DNA of 61,130 nt, taken from NCBI GenBank assembly GCA_024278135.1, contig JAJRTU010000095.1, positions 1 to 61,130 on the forward strand. Reading direction: 5' to 3'. Under the pieces are notes generated by a model that was not told where the DNA came from, searched no databases, and saw only the letters and a list, made by a program, of their open reading frames with translations. The stretch is from Gammaproteobacteria bacterium (lineage in GTDB: Bacteria > Pseudomonadota > Gammaproteobacteria > Eutrophobiales > Eutrophobiaceae). The translations under genes were made by a program, and so were the position numbers. Positions 7,689-18,668 of the stretch are shown one piece after another. How positions within the stretch are numbered: position 1 is the first letter of the stretch; each line of letters opens with the position of its first letter.

Positions 7689-8900
7689 ATGTCATTTCGA
7701 GTAGCGATAAGCGGTTTGAAAGCAGCGTCTGGTGATCTGGGCGTGATTGCCAATAATGTGGCCAACGCCACCACCAACGGATTCAAGAAATCACGCGCCG
7801 AGTTCAGTGATGTTTTTGCCGTCACCGACCTGGGTTCCAGTACCAGTACCCCCGGTAGCGGTGTCAGATTAGCGGCCATCACCCAGCAATTCACCCAGGG
7901 CAACATCACTTTTACCGATAACAATCTTGATCTGGCCATCAGTGGACGGGGCTTTTTTGTCGTTGATGATGCCGGCACGCAGGTCTATACGCGGGCGGGC
8001 AGTTTTGGTGTTGATCGGGAAGGTTTTCTGAGTAATTCACAGGGCAAGCAACTGATTGCCTTTTCCGCGGACAGCAGTGGCAATATTACCGGCGCTGCAT
8101 CACCGATGCAGATCAATACGGCCAGCATTCCCCCCCAGGCGACCTCAACGATGACCGTTAACCTGAATCTGGACGCGGCGGAATCACCACCGGCCATTGC
8201 CTTCGATCCGAACAACCCGGCCAGCTTCAATCATTCAACATCGACCAGCATTATCGATACGCTGGGCAGCACCCATCTGGCCAGTTTGTATTATCGCAAG
8301 ACGGCCACACCGAATCAGTGGGAAACCTACACGCTGGTTGACGGTGTGACAGTGGGTGGTCCTGACAGCGTGCAGTTTTCCTCCGGCGGTATCCTGACCG
8401 TACCTGCCGGCGGCAGTTTAAGCATACCCTCATTTACGCCGGCCGGTGGCGGCGGCGCGATGACGCTGACCCTCAACTATGCTGACAGTACACAATTCGG
8501 CAGTCCGTTTTCGGTGAATGCCCTGTCGCAGGATGGTTTTGCCACGGGTCGACTGAGTGGTCTGGATATTGGCCCCGACGGGATCATTTTTGCCCGTTTT
8601 ACCAACGGCCAGTCACGTGTGGAAGGTCAACTGGCCCTGGCTGATTTCGCCAATCCGCAAGGCCTGTCTCCCTTGAGTGAAACCACCTGGGGCGAGACTT
8701 TTTCTTCCGGCTCGGTAGTCGTCGGTGCACCCGGGACATCCAGTCTGGGTTTGATACAGTCCGGCGCACTGGAAGACTCGAATGTGGAAATCTCCGAAGA
8801 GCTGGTCAATATGATCATCGCCCAGCGTTCCTTTCAGGCCAACGCAGAGGTGATCAGTACCACCGATGCGGTGACTCAGTCCATTATCAACCTCAGGTAA
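7689..8900 (+). CDS. flgE: Flagellar hook protein FlgE
   Basis: N-terminal ISGLKAASGDLGVIANNVANATTNGFK. C-terminal LEDSNVEISEELVNMIIAQRSFQAN. Confidence 0.95.
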   Translation: MSFRVAISGLKAASGDLGVIANNVANATTNGFKKSRAEFSDVFAVTDLGSSTSTPGSGVRLAAITQQFTQGNITFTDNNLDLAISGRGFFVVDDAGTQVYTRAGSFGVDREGFLSNSQGKQLIAFSADSSGNITGAASPMQINTASIPPQATSTMTVNLNLDAAESPPAIAFDPNNPASFNHSTSTSIIDTLGSTHLASLYYRKTATPNQWETYTLVDGVTVGGPDSVQFSSGGILTVPAGGSLSIPSFTPAGGGGAMTLTLNYADSTQFGSPFSVNALSQDGFATGRLSGLDIGPDGIIFARFTNGQSRVEGQLALADFANPQGLSPLSETTWGETFSSGSVVVGAPGTSSLGLIQSGALEDSNVEISEELVNMIIAQRSFQANAEVISTTDAVTQSIINLR

Positions 8901-8964
8901 AACAAGAGTGACGAGGACGACATAAGATGACAACTTATCAACTGGTTTTTCGAGGCGGGACATA

Positions 8965-9705
8965 ATGGATCGTATGCTCTACCTGTCTATGGTGGCTGCC
9001 AAAAACACCATGCAGGCGCAGACCGTTAACAGCCATAACCTGGCCAATGTGAATACCAACGGGTTTCGCGCTGATCTTTCCCGTTTTGTCAGTATGCCCA
9101 TCAACGGTGCCGGTTTTGACAGCCGCGTCTATGCCCTGCAGGAAACGCCAGGTGTCAGCTTCGAGCCAGGTGCCATACAGCAGACCGGCAACGCACTCGA
9201 TATTGCCCTGGAGGGTGAAGGTTTTATCGCCATACTCTCAGCGGATGGCAGCGAGGCTTACACCCGTGCCGGTAATCTGCGTGTCAGCAGTACGGGTATG
9301 CTGGAGACCGGTAGTGGTTATCCGGTCATGGGCAATGGTGGCCCCATCGTTATTCCGCCGGCCGAGAAGATCGAAATCGGCAGTGACGGCACCATCACCA
9401 TACGGCCTGTCGGGCAGGACGAAAAAACCCTGGCGACCGTGAACCGGATCAAACTGGTGAATCCCGCTGTTGAGGATTTGCAAAAGTCGAATGACGGCCA
9501 GTTGCGCTTGAAGGATGGCACGACAGCGCCGCCGGATGCCTCGGTCAGAGTGACCTCCGGTGTACTGGAAAGCAGCAACGTTAACATGGTGCAGGCACTG
9601 GTGGATATGATCTCTCTGGCACGTCAATTCGAAATGAATATCAAGGCAATGCAGACCGTCAAGGAAAATGATGAAAGAGCGGCACAGATGTTGCGTTTAA
9701 GTTAA
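8965..9705 (+). CDS. flgF: Flagellar proximal rod protein FlgF
   Basis: Motifs NLANVNTNGFRAD and LESSNVNMVQALVDMISLARQFE. Confidence 0.9.
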   Translation: MDRMLYLSMVAAKNTMQAQTVNSHNLANVNTNGFRADLSRFVSMPINGAGFDSRVYALQETPGVSFEPGAIQQTGNALDIALEGEGFIAILSADGSEAYTRAGNLRVSSTGMLETGSGYPVMGNGGPIVIPPAEKIEIGSDGTITIRPVGQDEKTLATVNRIKLVNPAVEDLQKSNDGQLRLKDGTTAPPDASVRVTSGVLESSNVNMVQALVDMISLARQFEMNIKAMQTVKENDERAAQMLRLS

Positions 9706-9768
9706 GCGAGCGCAGGTGCTGAAACAATCCAGCGCTGATAATGAAATAAAAAACAGAGGAAGAGGAAT

Positions 9769-10554
9769 ATGACAGCAGCATTATGGGTGGCAAAAACCGG
9801 TCTGGATGCCCAGCAGACACGTCTGGCTATTATCTCCAACAACCTGGCTAATGCCAATACTACAGGTTATAAACGTTCCAGACCCGTGTTCAACGACCTG
9901 CTTTATCAGACGGTAAGACAGCCTGGGGCCCAATCCTCACAAAACACGACCTATTCTTCAGGTTTGATGTTGGGAACAGGTGTACGTACAGTCGCCACAG
10001 AAAAACTGCATTCGCAGGGTAATATCGTGCAGACTGATAATTCCCTGGATCTTGCCATACAGGGCAAGGGCTTTTTTGAAATATTACTGCCGGACGGCAG
10101 CACCGCCTATACGCGTGATGGTTCTTTTCAGCGCGACTCTCAGGGGCAAATTGTGACCTCCACCGGCAATGTCCTGCAGCCCGCCATTACTATCCCGGCA
10201 GAAACATTGTCATTGACCATAGGCACTGATGGAACCGTGAGCGCTCTGGTATCCGGCAGCACCTCACCAACGCAGGTCGGCTCAATCCAGTTGGCTGATT
10301 TTACCAATCCCGGCGGCCTGCAACCTGTCGGCGAGAATCTGTTCAAGGAAACCGCTTCCAGCGGTACCGCACAGACCGGCACACCAGGTCTGACCGGACT
10401 GGGGACCTTGATCGGCGGTTCTCTGGAAAGCTCCAACGTGAATGTTGTGGAAGAGCTGGTAAATATGATCGAGACCCAACGCGCGTACGAAATGAATTCA
10501 CGTGCAATATCCGTTTCGGATCAAATGTTGCAGTATGCCAGTAACAATCTTTAG
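9769..10554 (+). CDS. flgG: Flagellar distal rod protein FlgG
   Basis: Motifs [17 protein letters not shown] and [26 protein letters not shown]. Confidence 0.95.
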   Translation: MTAALWVAKTGLDAQQTRLAIISNNLANANTTGYKRSRPVFNDLLYQTVRQPGAQSSQNTTYSSGLMLGTGVRTVATEKLHSQGNIVQTDNSLDLAIQGKGFFEILLPDGSTAYTRDGSFQRDSQGQIVTSTGNVLQPAITIPAETLSLTIGTDGTVSALVSGSTSPTQVGSIQLADFTNPGGLQPVGENLFKETASSGTAQTGTPGLTGLGTLIGGSLESSNVNVVEELVNMIETQRAYEMNSRAISVSDQMLQYASNNL

Positions 10555-10572
10555 CTCACAGGGTTAACAATC

Positions 10573-11295
10573 ATGCAGACATATCGCGCCGCTCGAATAT
10601 TAAAAGTGTTGACCATGCTGATGCTTGTACTGGTATTGGCCTCCTGTCAAAGTGCAGCGAAGCGTGATCCGGAATTTGCTTCAATCCGTCCACCGTTGCC
10701 ACCGCAACAGAGTATGGCCAACGGCTCCATCTACCAGGCCGGTTTTGATGTACGTTTGTACGAAGATATCAAGGCACGTCGAATAGGGGATATTTTGACA
10801 GTGCGCTTGATAGAAAACACCGATGGCAGCAAATCCACCAATACGACTGCTGATCGTCAGTCGACCACGACGGTGACCAATCCGACAATACTGGGGGCCA
10901 GCCCCGAGTTCAATGTGCCCGGTTTCGTGCCATTGACGAGTACGAAGAACCTGAATCTGGAAACCAATCTCAGTTCCAACAGCGCGTTTGAAGGCAGCGG
11001 CGAAAGTAGTCAGAAAAATAAATTAACCGGTGACATCAGCGTTACTGTGGTGGAAGTATTGCCGAACGGCAACCTGATCGTTCGTGGCGAGAAAAGGCTG
11101 ACGATTAACAATGGCAACGAGTATATCAGCTTGTCGGGTATCGTCCGACCGATTGATATCCAGTCAGACAATTCCGTGTTATCCACGCAAATCGCGGATG
11201 CCACCATTATGTACACCGGTGACGGTCAGGTTGCAGAGGTCAATATAATGGGCTGGTTGGCACGTTTCTTTATCAGTGCCATTTTGCCGTTTTAA
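10573..11295 (+). CDS. flgH: Flagellar L-ring lipoprotein FlgH
   Basis: Lipobox VLASC. Motifs ARRIGDILTVRLIE and GNLIVRGEK. Confidence 0.95.
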   Translation: MQTYRAARILKVLTMLMLVLVLASCQSAAKRDPEFASIRPPLPPQQSMANGSIYQAGFDVRLYEDIKARRIGDILTVRLIENTDGSKSTNTTADRQSTTTVTNPTILGASPEFNVPGFVPLTSTKNLNLETNLSSNSAFEGSGESSQKNKLTGDISVTVVEVLPNGNLIVRGEKRLTINNGNEYISLSGIVRPIDIQSDNSVLSTQIADATIMYTGDGQVAEVNIMGWLARFFISAILPF

Positions 11296-11346
11296 ATCAG
11301 GCGTCGGGAGTCGGAATTCCGAGTCCTGAATAAAAGAGAATAACTT

Positions 11347-12453
11347 ATGATGAAAAGACTGATAAAAACGTTTCTTGTTATCCTGATGCTGACGGTACCG
11401 TCATTGCATGCTGAACGCATAAAAGACATTGCCAATATTGCCGGGGTCCGGGACAACCAGCTGATCGGTTACGGCCTGGTAGTGGGACTCGATGGCACCG
11501 GTGATCAAACCACCCAGACGCCGTTCACGATACAAAGTCTGAAAAGCATGATGGCCCAGTTCGGCATCACTCTGCCGGCCAATACCAACCCACAATTGAA
11601 AAATGTTGCTGCTGTTGTCATTCATGCCAATCTCCCCGCTTTTGCCAAGCCGGGACAAAGTATAGATATCACCGTCTCGTCTCTCGGTAATGCCAAGAGT
11701 TTACGCGGGGGCAGCTTGTTAATGGCGCCGTTGAAAGGCGCGGACGGAAATGTCTATGCCATGGCCCAGGGCAACCTGGTCATTGGCGGTTTTGGTATTG
11801 AGTCGACTGATGGTTCCAGTATTTCTGTCAATGTGCCGAGTTCCGGGCGCATACCCAATGGCGCGATGGTGGAACGTATTGTGCCGACTTCTTTCGCCCT
11901 GGGTGACAGTATCGTGCTGAATTTACATAAGCCGGACTTTACCACGGCCAAACGTGTTACCGATGCCATCAACGAATGGGTGGGGCTGGGAACGGCGGCG
12001 ACACTGGATGGTTCTTCCATCAAGGTAACGGCCCCACAGGATGTTTCACAGCGTGTTGCTTTCACCTCGCTGGTGGAAAATATCACACTTGAACCTGGTG
12101 ATGCGCCGGCACGGGTTATCGTGAACTCACGTACGGGCACTGTCGTCATAGGCAAGCACGTCAAAGTGACAGAAGCGGCCGTCTCGCATGGATCGCTGGT
12201 GGTGACGATCACGCAGAACCCCATTGTCAGTCAGCCCGGGCCCTTTTCCCAGGGTGAAACCGCCGTGGTGGCCAATAGTGATATAGAGGTGCAACAGGAA
12301 AACAGTCGTATGTTTTTATTTAATCCCGGTGTCTCACTGGACGACATTGTTCGCGCTGTCAATCAGGTGGGTGCCGCGCCGGGTGATCTGGTGGCAATAC
12401 TGGAAGCCCTGCAGCAGGCCGGAGCGTTGCGGGCCCAGTTGATTATTATTTGA
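11347..12453 (+). CDS. flgI: Flagellar P-ring protein FlgI
   Basis: Signal peptide present. Motifs [30 protein letters not shown] and the C-terminal [14 protein letters not shown]. Confidence 0.95.
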   Translation: MMKRLIKTFLVILMLTVPSLHAERIKDIANIAGVRDNQLIGYGLVVGLDGTGDQTTQTPFTIQSLKSMMAQFGITLPANTNPQLKNVAAVVIHANLPAFAKPGQSIDITVSSLGNAKSLRGGSLLMAPLKGADGNVYAMAQGNLVIGGFGIESTDGSSISVNVPSSGRIPNGAMVERIVPTSFALGDSIVLNLHKPDFTTAKRVTDAINEWVGLGTAATLDGSSIKVTAPQDVSQRVAFTSLVENITLEPGDAPARVIVNSRTGTVVIGKHVKVTEAAVSHGSLVVTITQNPIVSQPGPFSQGETAVVANSDIEVQQENSRMFLFNPGVSLDDIVRAVNQVGAAPGDLVAILEALQQAGALRAQLIII

Positions 12454-12466
12454 TACGCGATTTGTC

Positions 12467-13345
12467 ATGACACCGGAATTATCAACATCACGGATCTACA
12501 CAGACTTTCAGGGACTGTCTGATCTGCGTCGTGCCGCAAAACAGGACTCTGATCAGGCGCTGGATGAAGTGGCCGTGCAGTTCGAAGCGATCTTTATTCA
12601 GATGATGCTGAAGTCCATGCGTGATGCCAGCCTGTCAGAGGGTGTTTTTGATTCGGATCAATCAAAAATGTATATGAGTATGTTTGATCAACAAATCGCG
12701 CTGGACTTGTCTTCGAAAGGCGCTTTCGGTATTGCTGACATGCTGGTGCAACAATTGGCGAACAATAATATCAGCGAGTCCGAAGCAGAAACCCCGGACT
12801 CCTTGCTGCCGATCACGACAAAGGCATCACCACAGGAAGCGATAAACAGGGCAGAGAGAGCCAGGGGGCAAGAAGCACTTCCTGAATTTACATCGCCACA
12901 GGCCTTCGTCGATTTCATGTTGCCGAAAGCAGAGCAGGCGGCGAGCCGGCTTGGTGTTGAACCGCAGGTCCTGGTGGCGCAGGCGGCCCTGGAAACAGGC
13001 TGGGGTCAGAAGATTATTCAACGGGCGGATGGTGGCAGTACTTACAACCTGTTTGGTATCAAGGCAGATCAGCGCTGGGCCGGTGCAGAAGCCACCGTCA
13101 GCACACTGGAATACCAGGACGGGATCATGAATCGGGAATTGGCCAGTTTTCGTGCCTACGATTCTTTCCAGCAAAGCTTTGATGACTATGTTGACTTTGT
13201 TAAAGAGGGAGCACGTTATCAGCGTGCGCTCGGTCATGATGGCAGTGCCCGATATTATATTCAGGCCCTGCAGGATGAAGGCTACGCGACTGATCCGGCT
13301 TATGCTGAAAAAGTGATTGATATCATGGAACGGAGCTTTGGCTGA
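12467..13345 (+). CDS. flgJ: Rod assembly protein / peptidoglycan hydrolase FlgJ
   Basis: N-terminal rod-binding region (QFEAIFIQMMLKSMR). C-terminal glucosaminidase region (AALETGWG, NLFGIKAD). Confidence 0.9.
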   Translation: MTPELSTSRIYTDFQGLSDLRRAAKQDSDQALDEVAVQFEAIFIQMMLKSMRDASLSEGVFDSDQSKMYMSMFDQQIALDLSSKGAFGIADMLVQQLANNNISESEAETPDSLLPITTKASPQEAINRAERARGQEALPEFTSPQAFVDFMLPKAEQAASRLGVEPQVLVAQAALETGWGQKIIQRADGGSTYNLFGIKADQRWAGAEATVSTLEYQDGIMNRELASFRAYDSFQQSFDDYVDFVKEGARYQRALGHDGSARYYIQALQDEGYATDPAYAEKVIDIMERSFG

Positions 13346-13364
13346 TAAACATGAGTAAACCTGA

Positions 13365-15296
13365 ATGAGTATTCAAAATACAGCGATAAGCGGGCTGCTC
13401 ACAGCGCAACGTGGGTTGACGGTGACCAGCAATAATATTTCCAATGTCAATACGCCCGGGTACAGCCGACAACTGGTCGAGGTCAGCGCCCGGGAATCCA
13501 GCCTGCTCGGCAACGGCTTTGTCGGTAATGGTGTTGAGATCAATAATATTGTTCGCGCCCAGGATCTGTTTCTGACAAACCAGCTGCGGAGCAGTATTTC
13601 AGGGGAAACTGAGGCCAGTACTTTTCTGTTTCTGGCATCGCGTGTAGACAGACTGTTGGCCAATGAGGAAACGGGCCTGAGTCTCAGTATGCAGGATTTT
13701 TTCAAATCAGTGCAGGATGTCACTGATCAACCTTCTTCTATCGCCGCGCGGCAGGTGATGATCAGCGAAGCCGAGTCTCTGGTGTCCCGCTTTCAGTTTC
13801 TTGATGCCAGGATGTCGGATATTGGCATTGAGATACGCTCGCGCCTGAATAACGACATACGGGATATCAATTCACTGATTAATGGAGTTGCCCAGCTCAA
13901 TGACCGTGTTGTCAAGGCAATGGGGCAGGCCAACGGACAGGCGCCCAATGATTTACTGGACAAGCGTGACAAGTTAATAGAGGACCTGTCGGGCTATGTC
14001 AGTGTCAATGTTGTCGATCAAATCGATGGTGCTGTGAATATTTTTGTCGGCAACGGGCAACCTCTGGTGTTGGGCGCGATCCCCAGCCAGATCGGTTTAA
14101 GTGAAAGTTACAGCGGGCATTTCGATATTTCGTTGACGAGTCCCTTTGGCACCTCGAACATAACTGATAATATCAAGGGCGGCTCCACCGGCGGCACCCT
14201 GGATTTTCAGGACCAGATGCTGGAGCCGGCGCGAAACTCGCTGGGACGCCTGGCGCTGGGTTTTGTTGACAGTTTTAACAGTCAATATGCGCTCGGCCGG
14301 AATCTGGATGGTGAAATCAATCAGAGTTTTTTCAATATGGGCCAGCCCGATGTGCTGCCCGTGGGTACGGCGCCTAATAATGTCACTGCCACGATTACCG
14401 ATACCAGTGTCCTGTCGGACAGTAATTACAGTCTGGTGTACAACGGCAGTGACATTTATACATTGACACGTCTTTCCGACGGACAGACCACCAGTATTAA
14501 CACCGGCGGGGCGCCGGTATTCGTGACGGCACCCGTGGACGGTTTTACCCTGTCCATCACGGCGGGTGCAGTGGTCAACGACAAGTTTATTGTACGTCCC
14601 ACCATAAACGGTGCCGCCGACATCGATACGCTTGTCTCCAATCCACAGAAGATTGCCGCCGCCGCCGTATTGCGTTCCGGTGTCGTCACCGACACAGCGG
14701 GTGTACCGCTTAATACCGGTGATGCGGTTATCAGCGAAATAGATATCTCATCTGTGTCGGGACTGCCTCTGGCAACGGCGGTGACACTGACTTTTGACAA
14801 TACCTTGAACCAGTTTGCCATATCCTCACCGCCTGGAGGGACACTGGCATACAACCCGGCAACAGACAGCGGCGGCAAGCAGTTTACCCTGGCTTCGATT
14901 GGCAATGCGACTTTCAGCATTTCCGGCAATCCTGCTGATGGCGATCAATTTGTTATTGAAAACAATATCGGTGCCAGTGGTGACAATCAGAACGGACTCA
15001 AGTTATCCAGTTTACAAACAAGTAGAATACTGCTGAGTGGAACGGCGACGTATCAGGACAGCTATGGTCAGTTGGTCGCGGACGTGGGTTCCATCACACG
15101 GCAAACCCAAATCAGCAGTGAAGCTCTGGGTGCGCTGAGGAATCAGGCTTTGACATTTCGCGACAGCGTTTCCGGTGTCAACCTCGAAGAAGAAGCTGCC
15201 AACATGCTTAAATATCAGCAGGCTTTCCAGGCCGCTGCACAAATGATAGGCGTGGCCGACAGACTGTTCCAGACACTCATGCAAGCGGTGCAATAG
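13365..15296 (+). CDS. flgK: Hook-associated protein 1 FlgK
   Basis: 643 aa. N-terminal SNNISNVNTPGYSRQ. C-terminal EEEAANMLKYQQAFQAAAQ. Confidence 0.95.
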   Translation: MSIQNTAISGLLTAQRGLTVTSNNISNVNTPGYSRQLVEVSARESSLLGNGFVGNGVEINNIVRAQDLFLTNQLRSSISGETEASTFLFLASRVDRLLANEETGLSLSMQDFFKSVQDVTDQPSSIAARQVMISEAESLVSRFQFLDARMSDIGIEIRSRLNNDIRDINSLINGVAQLNDRVVKAMGQANGQAPNDLLDKRDKLIEDLSGYVSVNVVDQIDGAVNIFVGNGQPLVLGAIPSQIGLSESYSGHFDISLTSPFGTSNITDNIKGGSTGGTLDFQDQMLEPARNSLGRLALGFVDSFNSQYALGRNLDGEINQSFFNMGQPDVLPVGTAPNNVTATITDTSVLSDSNYSLVYNGSDIYTLTRLSDGQTTSINTGGAPVFVTAPVDGFTLSITAGAVVNDKFIVRPTINGAADIDTLVSNPQKIAAAAVLRSGVVTDTAGVPLNTGDAVISEIDISSVSGLPLATAVTLTFDNTLNQFAISSPPGGTLAYNPATDSGGKQFTLASIGNATFSISGNPADGDQFVIENNIGASGDNQNGLKLSSLQTSRILLSGTATYQDSYGQLVADVGSITRQTQISSEALGALRNQALTFRDSVSGVNLEEEAANMLKYQQAFQAAAQMIGVADRLFQTLMQAVQ

Positions 15297-15304
15297 GCTC
15301 AGTC

Positions 15305-16546
15305 ATGCGAATTTCAACATCCCTTTTTCAGCAACGCGGTCTGAACGGCATACTCGATCAACAGGCAGGTCTGGTGGATATCCAGTCCAAAATCGCCAGT
15401 GGCAGACGAATCAGTTCGCCGTCGGATGATCCTTCCGGCAGTGTTCAAATCATCAGGCTGTCGCAGGCAAAATCGGTGACAGAGCAGTATATTCGCAACA
15501 GCGACAGTGCTCTGAACCGTTTACAACTGGAAGAAAATACCGTTAAAGGTGTTGAGGATACTCTGGTGCGGGTGCGTGAACTGGCCATACAATCCGCCAA
15601 CTCGATATTGAGCAATCAGGATCGCAAGGCCATAGCGGCCGAATTGAGACAGCAATTGCAAGGTTTGCTGGGTCTGGCCAATACCCAGGATGCCAGTCAG
15701 GAATATCTGTTTGCCGGAAATCAGGTCAGTACCCGACCTTTTACACAGCTGGCTGCCAGCAACATCGTTTATAACGGCGATCAGGGGCAACGGGCAATAC
15801 AAATCAGCTCCGGTCAGCAGATCAATGACAGTGACACCGGACTGGCGGTGTTTATGGATATCGTAAACGGGAATGGCAGTTTTTTTGTAGAGGATTCGCC
15901 GGCCAACAGCGGTGCGGGCATTATCGATCCCGGACAGGTATTTGATGCCAGTGCTTATGTTGCTGACGACTACACCATCAGTTTTGTGACCAATGCCAGT
16001 GGCAATCTCGGCTACAATGTTGTCGGCGCTGCCGGTGGCCAGTTAATCCCGCCCTTGCCGCAGGATCCGATATTGAACGCACCTGATTATGAAGACGGGG
16101 CGGCCATTCGCTTTAACGGGCTGGAAACGAAGATTGAAGGAAATCCTGCCTCCGGCGATTTGTTCAACATCCGCCCCAGCGTCAAGCAGGATTTATTCAG
16201 CACCATAGCTGATCTCGCGACCGCACTGGAGACCGTGGTACAGGATCCCTCACAGCGGACCAAAATGCAGAATAAAATATCGGCTTCGATAGTCGATCTG
16301 GACAGGGCCATGAATAAAATGAGCGAAATCAGGAGTAATATTGGTGCCAGGCTCAATCTTATCGAGGATCGGACTGCCACCAACGAATCGTTCCTGCTGG
16401 ATATCACCGCGACCCTGTCCGATGTGCAGGATCTGGATATCATCAGCGCGGCAAGTGAATTGCAGCAGCGTCTCAGCTCTCTGGAGGCTTCACAGGCGGC
16501 TTTCGTACGTATTCAGGGTCTGACCTTATTTAACTTTATTCGTTAG
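15305..16546 (+). CDS. flgL: Hook-associated protein 3 FlgL
   Basis: Flagellin-like N and C termini (GRRISSPSDDPSG; SELQQRLSSLEASQAAF). It follows flgK. Confidence 0.9.
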   Translation: MRISTSLFQQRGLNGILDQQAGLVDIQSKIASGRRISSPSDDPSGSVQIIRLSQAKSVTEQYIRNSDSALNRLQLEENTVKGVEDTLVRVRELAIQSANSILSNQDRKAIAAELRQQLQGLLGLANTQDASQEYLFAGNQVSTRPFTQLAASNIVYNGDQGQRAIQISSGQQINDSDTGLAVFMDIVNGNGSFFVEDSPANSGAGIIDPGQVFDASAYVADDYTISFVTNASGNLGYNVVGAAGGQLIPPLPQDPILNAPDYEDGAAIRFNGLETKIEGNPASGDLFNIRPSVKQDLFSTIADLATALETVVQDPSQRTKMQNKISASIVDLDRAMNKMSEIRSNIGARLNLIEDRTATNESFLLDITATLSDVQDLDIISAASELQQRLSSLEASQAAFVRIQGLTLFNFIR

Positions 16547-16592
16547 CCGTTATTGCGGGCCAATCGGGTCCATCTTCAATTTACTCTTTTTC

Positions 16593-16619
16593 TAAAGTTC
16601 CTCTTTAACTATCCGATAA
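16593..16619 (+). promoter_or_regulatory. Sigma-28 (FliA) promoter of flagellin gene
   Basis: TAAAGTTC-N11-TCCGATAA (7/8 and 7/8 to consensus). It implies a leader of about 105 nt. Confidence 0.8.
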
Positions 16620-16732
16620 CCCTCATCGGAAGCGGTGAATATCCAGCCCTCGGGCTTATGGATATATCCGCTAGAGATTAACTTTATCCGCCCGCCATCC
16701 CCAGGATTTGGCGGGTATTGGAGGAGAAAACA

Positions 16733-18139
16733 ATGGCTCAAGTCATTAATACAAACGTACTATCACTCAATGCGCAAAGGAATCTGAATACTTCAGGCAG
16801 TGAACTGGCTACATCTTTGCAGCGTTTATCATCGGGTTTACGGATTAACAGCGCCAAGGATGATGCTGCCGGTCTTGCCATCGCCAGTCGTATGACATCC
16901 CAGATTCGCGGTTTAAATCAGGCATCACGTAATGCCAACGACGGTATCTCACTGGCACAGACGGCAGAAGGCGGTTTGGGTACCATTACCAATAACCTGC
17001 AGCGTATTCGTGAGCTGTCTGTACAGTCCGCCAACGCAACCAACAGTTCATCCGACCGCGCAGCACTACAGAATGAAGCGGCTGAACTGATTGCTGAAAT
17101 TGATCGCATTGCGACGACATCAAGCTTTAACGGTGTGAGTCTGCTCGACGGTACCTTTACCTCGCAGCAGTTTCAGGTTGGTGCTGATGCCAATCAGACC
17201 ATCAGTGTTTCATCCATTGCCAGTGCCCGTACGACTGATCTGGGCGCCAGCTATTCGTCAACCAAAACCAGTGCTGCACTTGTTTCCACCAATACCATCT
17301 CTGCAGGTGACTTGATCATCAATGGTGTGACGCTGGGTGCGGTAGCAACAACCGATGCGAAAGACCTGGCATCAGCCATTAATGCCCTGTCCGGTACCGG
17401 TGTGACGGCATCTGCGGCGGCAACCAGTGTGTCGGGTACCAGCATGGTAACAGCAGCCCTGACCGGGACTATCACCATTAACAATGTGGCGACTGCCAGT
17501 ATCACAACGGGTGGCGGTACTTTGGCTGCAGACAGAACTGCAGTGACCTCCGCCATTAACGCCATCAGTGCGGCGACCGGTGTGACAGCAACCAACACGG
17601 GGGCTGACAGCACAGGTGTTACCCTGAGTGCAGCAGACGGCCGTAACGTAACCGTTGCCTTCAGCACCTTGACAGCAGCCGCAACGGGCGTTGGCGCAGC
17701 AGGCACCACTGAAAGTACGGTGACTCTGGATTCCACCGGCAGTGGTGGTATCGCTTTTACCACAACAGGTACGATTGCCAATACCGGCTTTACGGTTGAA
17801 ACCATCGCCGCGTCATTGTCCGGTACTGCGGTTTCCAATCTTGATATCTCCAGTGTGTCAGGAGCCAACACGGCCATTACCTCCATTGATGCCGCGTTGA
17901 ACTCCATCAACACATCACGTGGTTCACTCGGTGCCATTCAGAGTCGCTTTGAATCTGTTGTTTCCAACCTGGCGACAACCTCCGAAAACCTCAGTGCTGC
18001 TCGCAGTCGGATCATGGATGCGGACTTTGCTGCTGAAACAGCTGCTTTGACCCGTGCTCAGATACTGCAACAGGCTGGTGTTTCGATATTGTCCCAGGCA
18101 AATGCCTCACCACAGTTGGTATTATCACTATTACAGTAG
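16733..18139 (+). CDS. fliC: Flagellin
   Basis: Motifs [34 protein letters not shown] and the C-terminal [35 protein letters not shown]. The Ala/Thr/Gly-rich central domain carries two AIN..S..TGVTA (IN-type) motifs. Confidence 0.95.
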   Translation: MAQVINTNVLSLNAQRNLNTSGSELATSLQRLSSGLRINSAKDDAAGLAIASRMTSQIRGLNQASRNANDGISLAQTAEGGLGTITNNLQRIRELSVQSANATNSSSDRAALQNEAAELIAEIDRIATTSSFNGVSLLDGTFTSQQFQVGADANQTISVSSIASARTTDLGASYSSTKTSAALVSTNTISAGDLIINGVTLGAVATTDAKDLASAINALSGTGVTASAAATSVSGTSMVTAALTGTITINNVATASITTGGGTLAADRTAVTSAINAISAATGVTATNTGADSTGVTLSAADGRNVTVAFSTLTAAATGVGAAGTTESTVTLDSTGSGGIAFTTTGTIANTGFTVETIAASLSGTAVSNLDISSVSGANTAITSIDAALNSINTSRGSLGAIQSRFESVVSNLATTSENLSAARSRIMDADFAAETAALTRAQILQQAGVSILSQANASPQLVLSLLQ

Positions 18140-18160
18140 GCATTAATCAGCAGTTAAATT

Positions 18161-18192
18161 CCGGCCGGGCCCGCATAAGCCCGGCCGGTTTT
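18161..18192 (+). terminator. Intrinsic terminator after fliC
   Basis: CCGGCCGGGC-ccgcataa-GCCCGGCCGG followed by TTTT. Confidence 0.8.
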
Positions 18193-18221
18193 GAGGTTTA
18201 AAACAGTTCGAGGTGGATAGC

Positions 18222-18620
18222 ATGCCTACAGAAGTCACGACAAAAGGAGCACCGAATATATCAGGCTTGCCCAATGCTGTGTCCGCACAAAAAAAGATAA
18301 AAGTAAATGCGGCAGAAACCGTAGCTATGCGGCAAAATTTGCCTGCCACATCCCAATTTCCAAGGTCTTCGAATGACGTGCAGGAAAAAGAATTTTCCAA
18401 CGAGTCTGTCGAAAAGAAAGTCGAAACCCTGAACTCCCATGTGCAAAATTTACAGCGCGACCTGCGTTTCAGCATTGATGCGGAAAGCGGCAGGACTATT
18501 ATCAGGGTCATTGACAGGGAAACCAGGGAAATTATCAGAACGATTCCGCCGGAAGATATTTCTGTCATGGCGCAGAGTCTGGACAGGCATACCGGGGTGT
18601 TATTCAACACCAGTGTGTAA
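18222..18620 (+). CDS. flaG: FlaG family flagellar protein
   Basis: C-terminal LRFSIDAESGRTIIRVIDRETREIIRTIPPED is the FlaG signature. ATG 18222 with a GAGGTGG RBS is preferred over GTG 18213. Confidence 0.85.
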   Translation: MPTEVTTKGAPNISGLPNAVSAQKKIKVNAAETVAMRQNLPATSQFPRSSNDVQEKEFSNESVEKKVETLNSHVQNLQRDLRFSIDAESGRTIIRVIDRETREIIRTIPPEDISVMAQSLDRHTGVLFNTSV

Positions 18621-18621
18621 T

Positions 18622-18637
18622 TGGTGCGAAATCTGCA
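18622..18637 (+). promoter_or_regulatory. Candidate sigma-54 promoter of fliD
   Basis: TGGTGC-GAAAT-CTGCA (GG-N10-GC spacing correct) in the 48-nt flaG-fliD gap. Confidence 0.4.
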
Positions 18638-18668
18638 TTGCTTATGCAAACTATTTTAAGGAGCAGTT

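Noticed and set aside
8943-8956. Sigma-54-like TGGTTTTTCGAGGC upstream of flgF.
   Set aside because: The GG to GC spacing is 9 rather than 10 nt, and sigma-54 promoters are intolerant of spacing changes.
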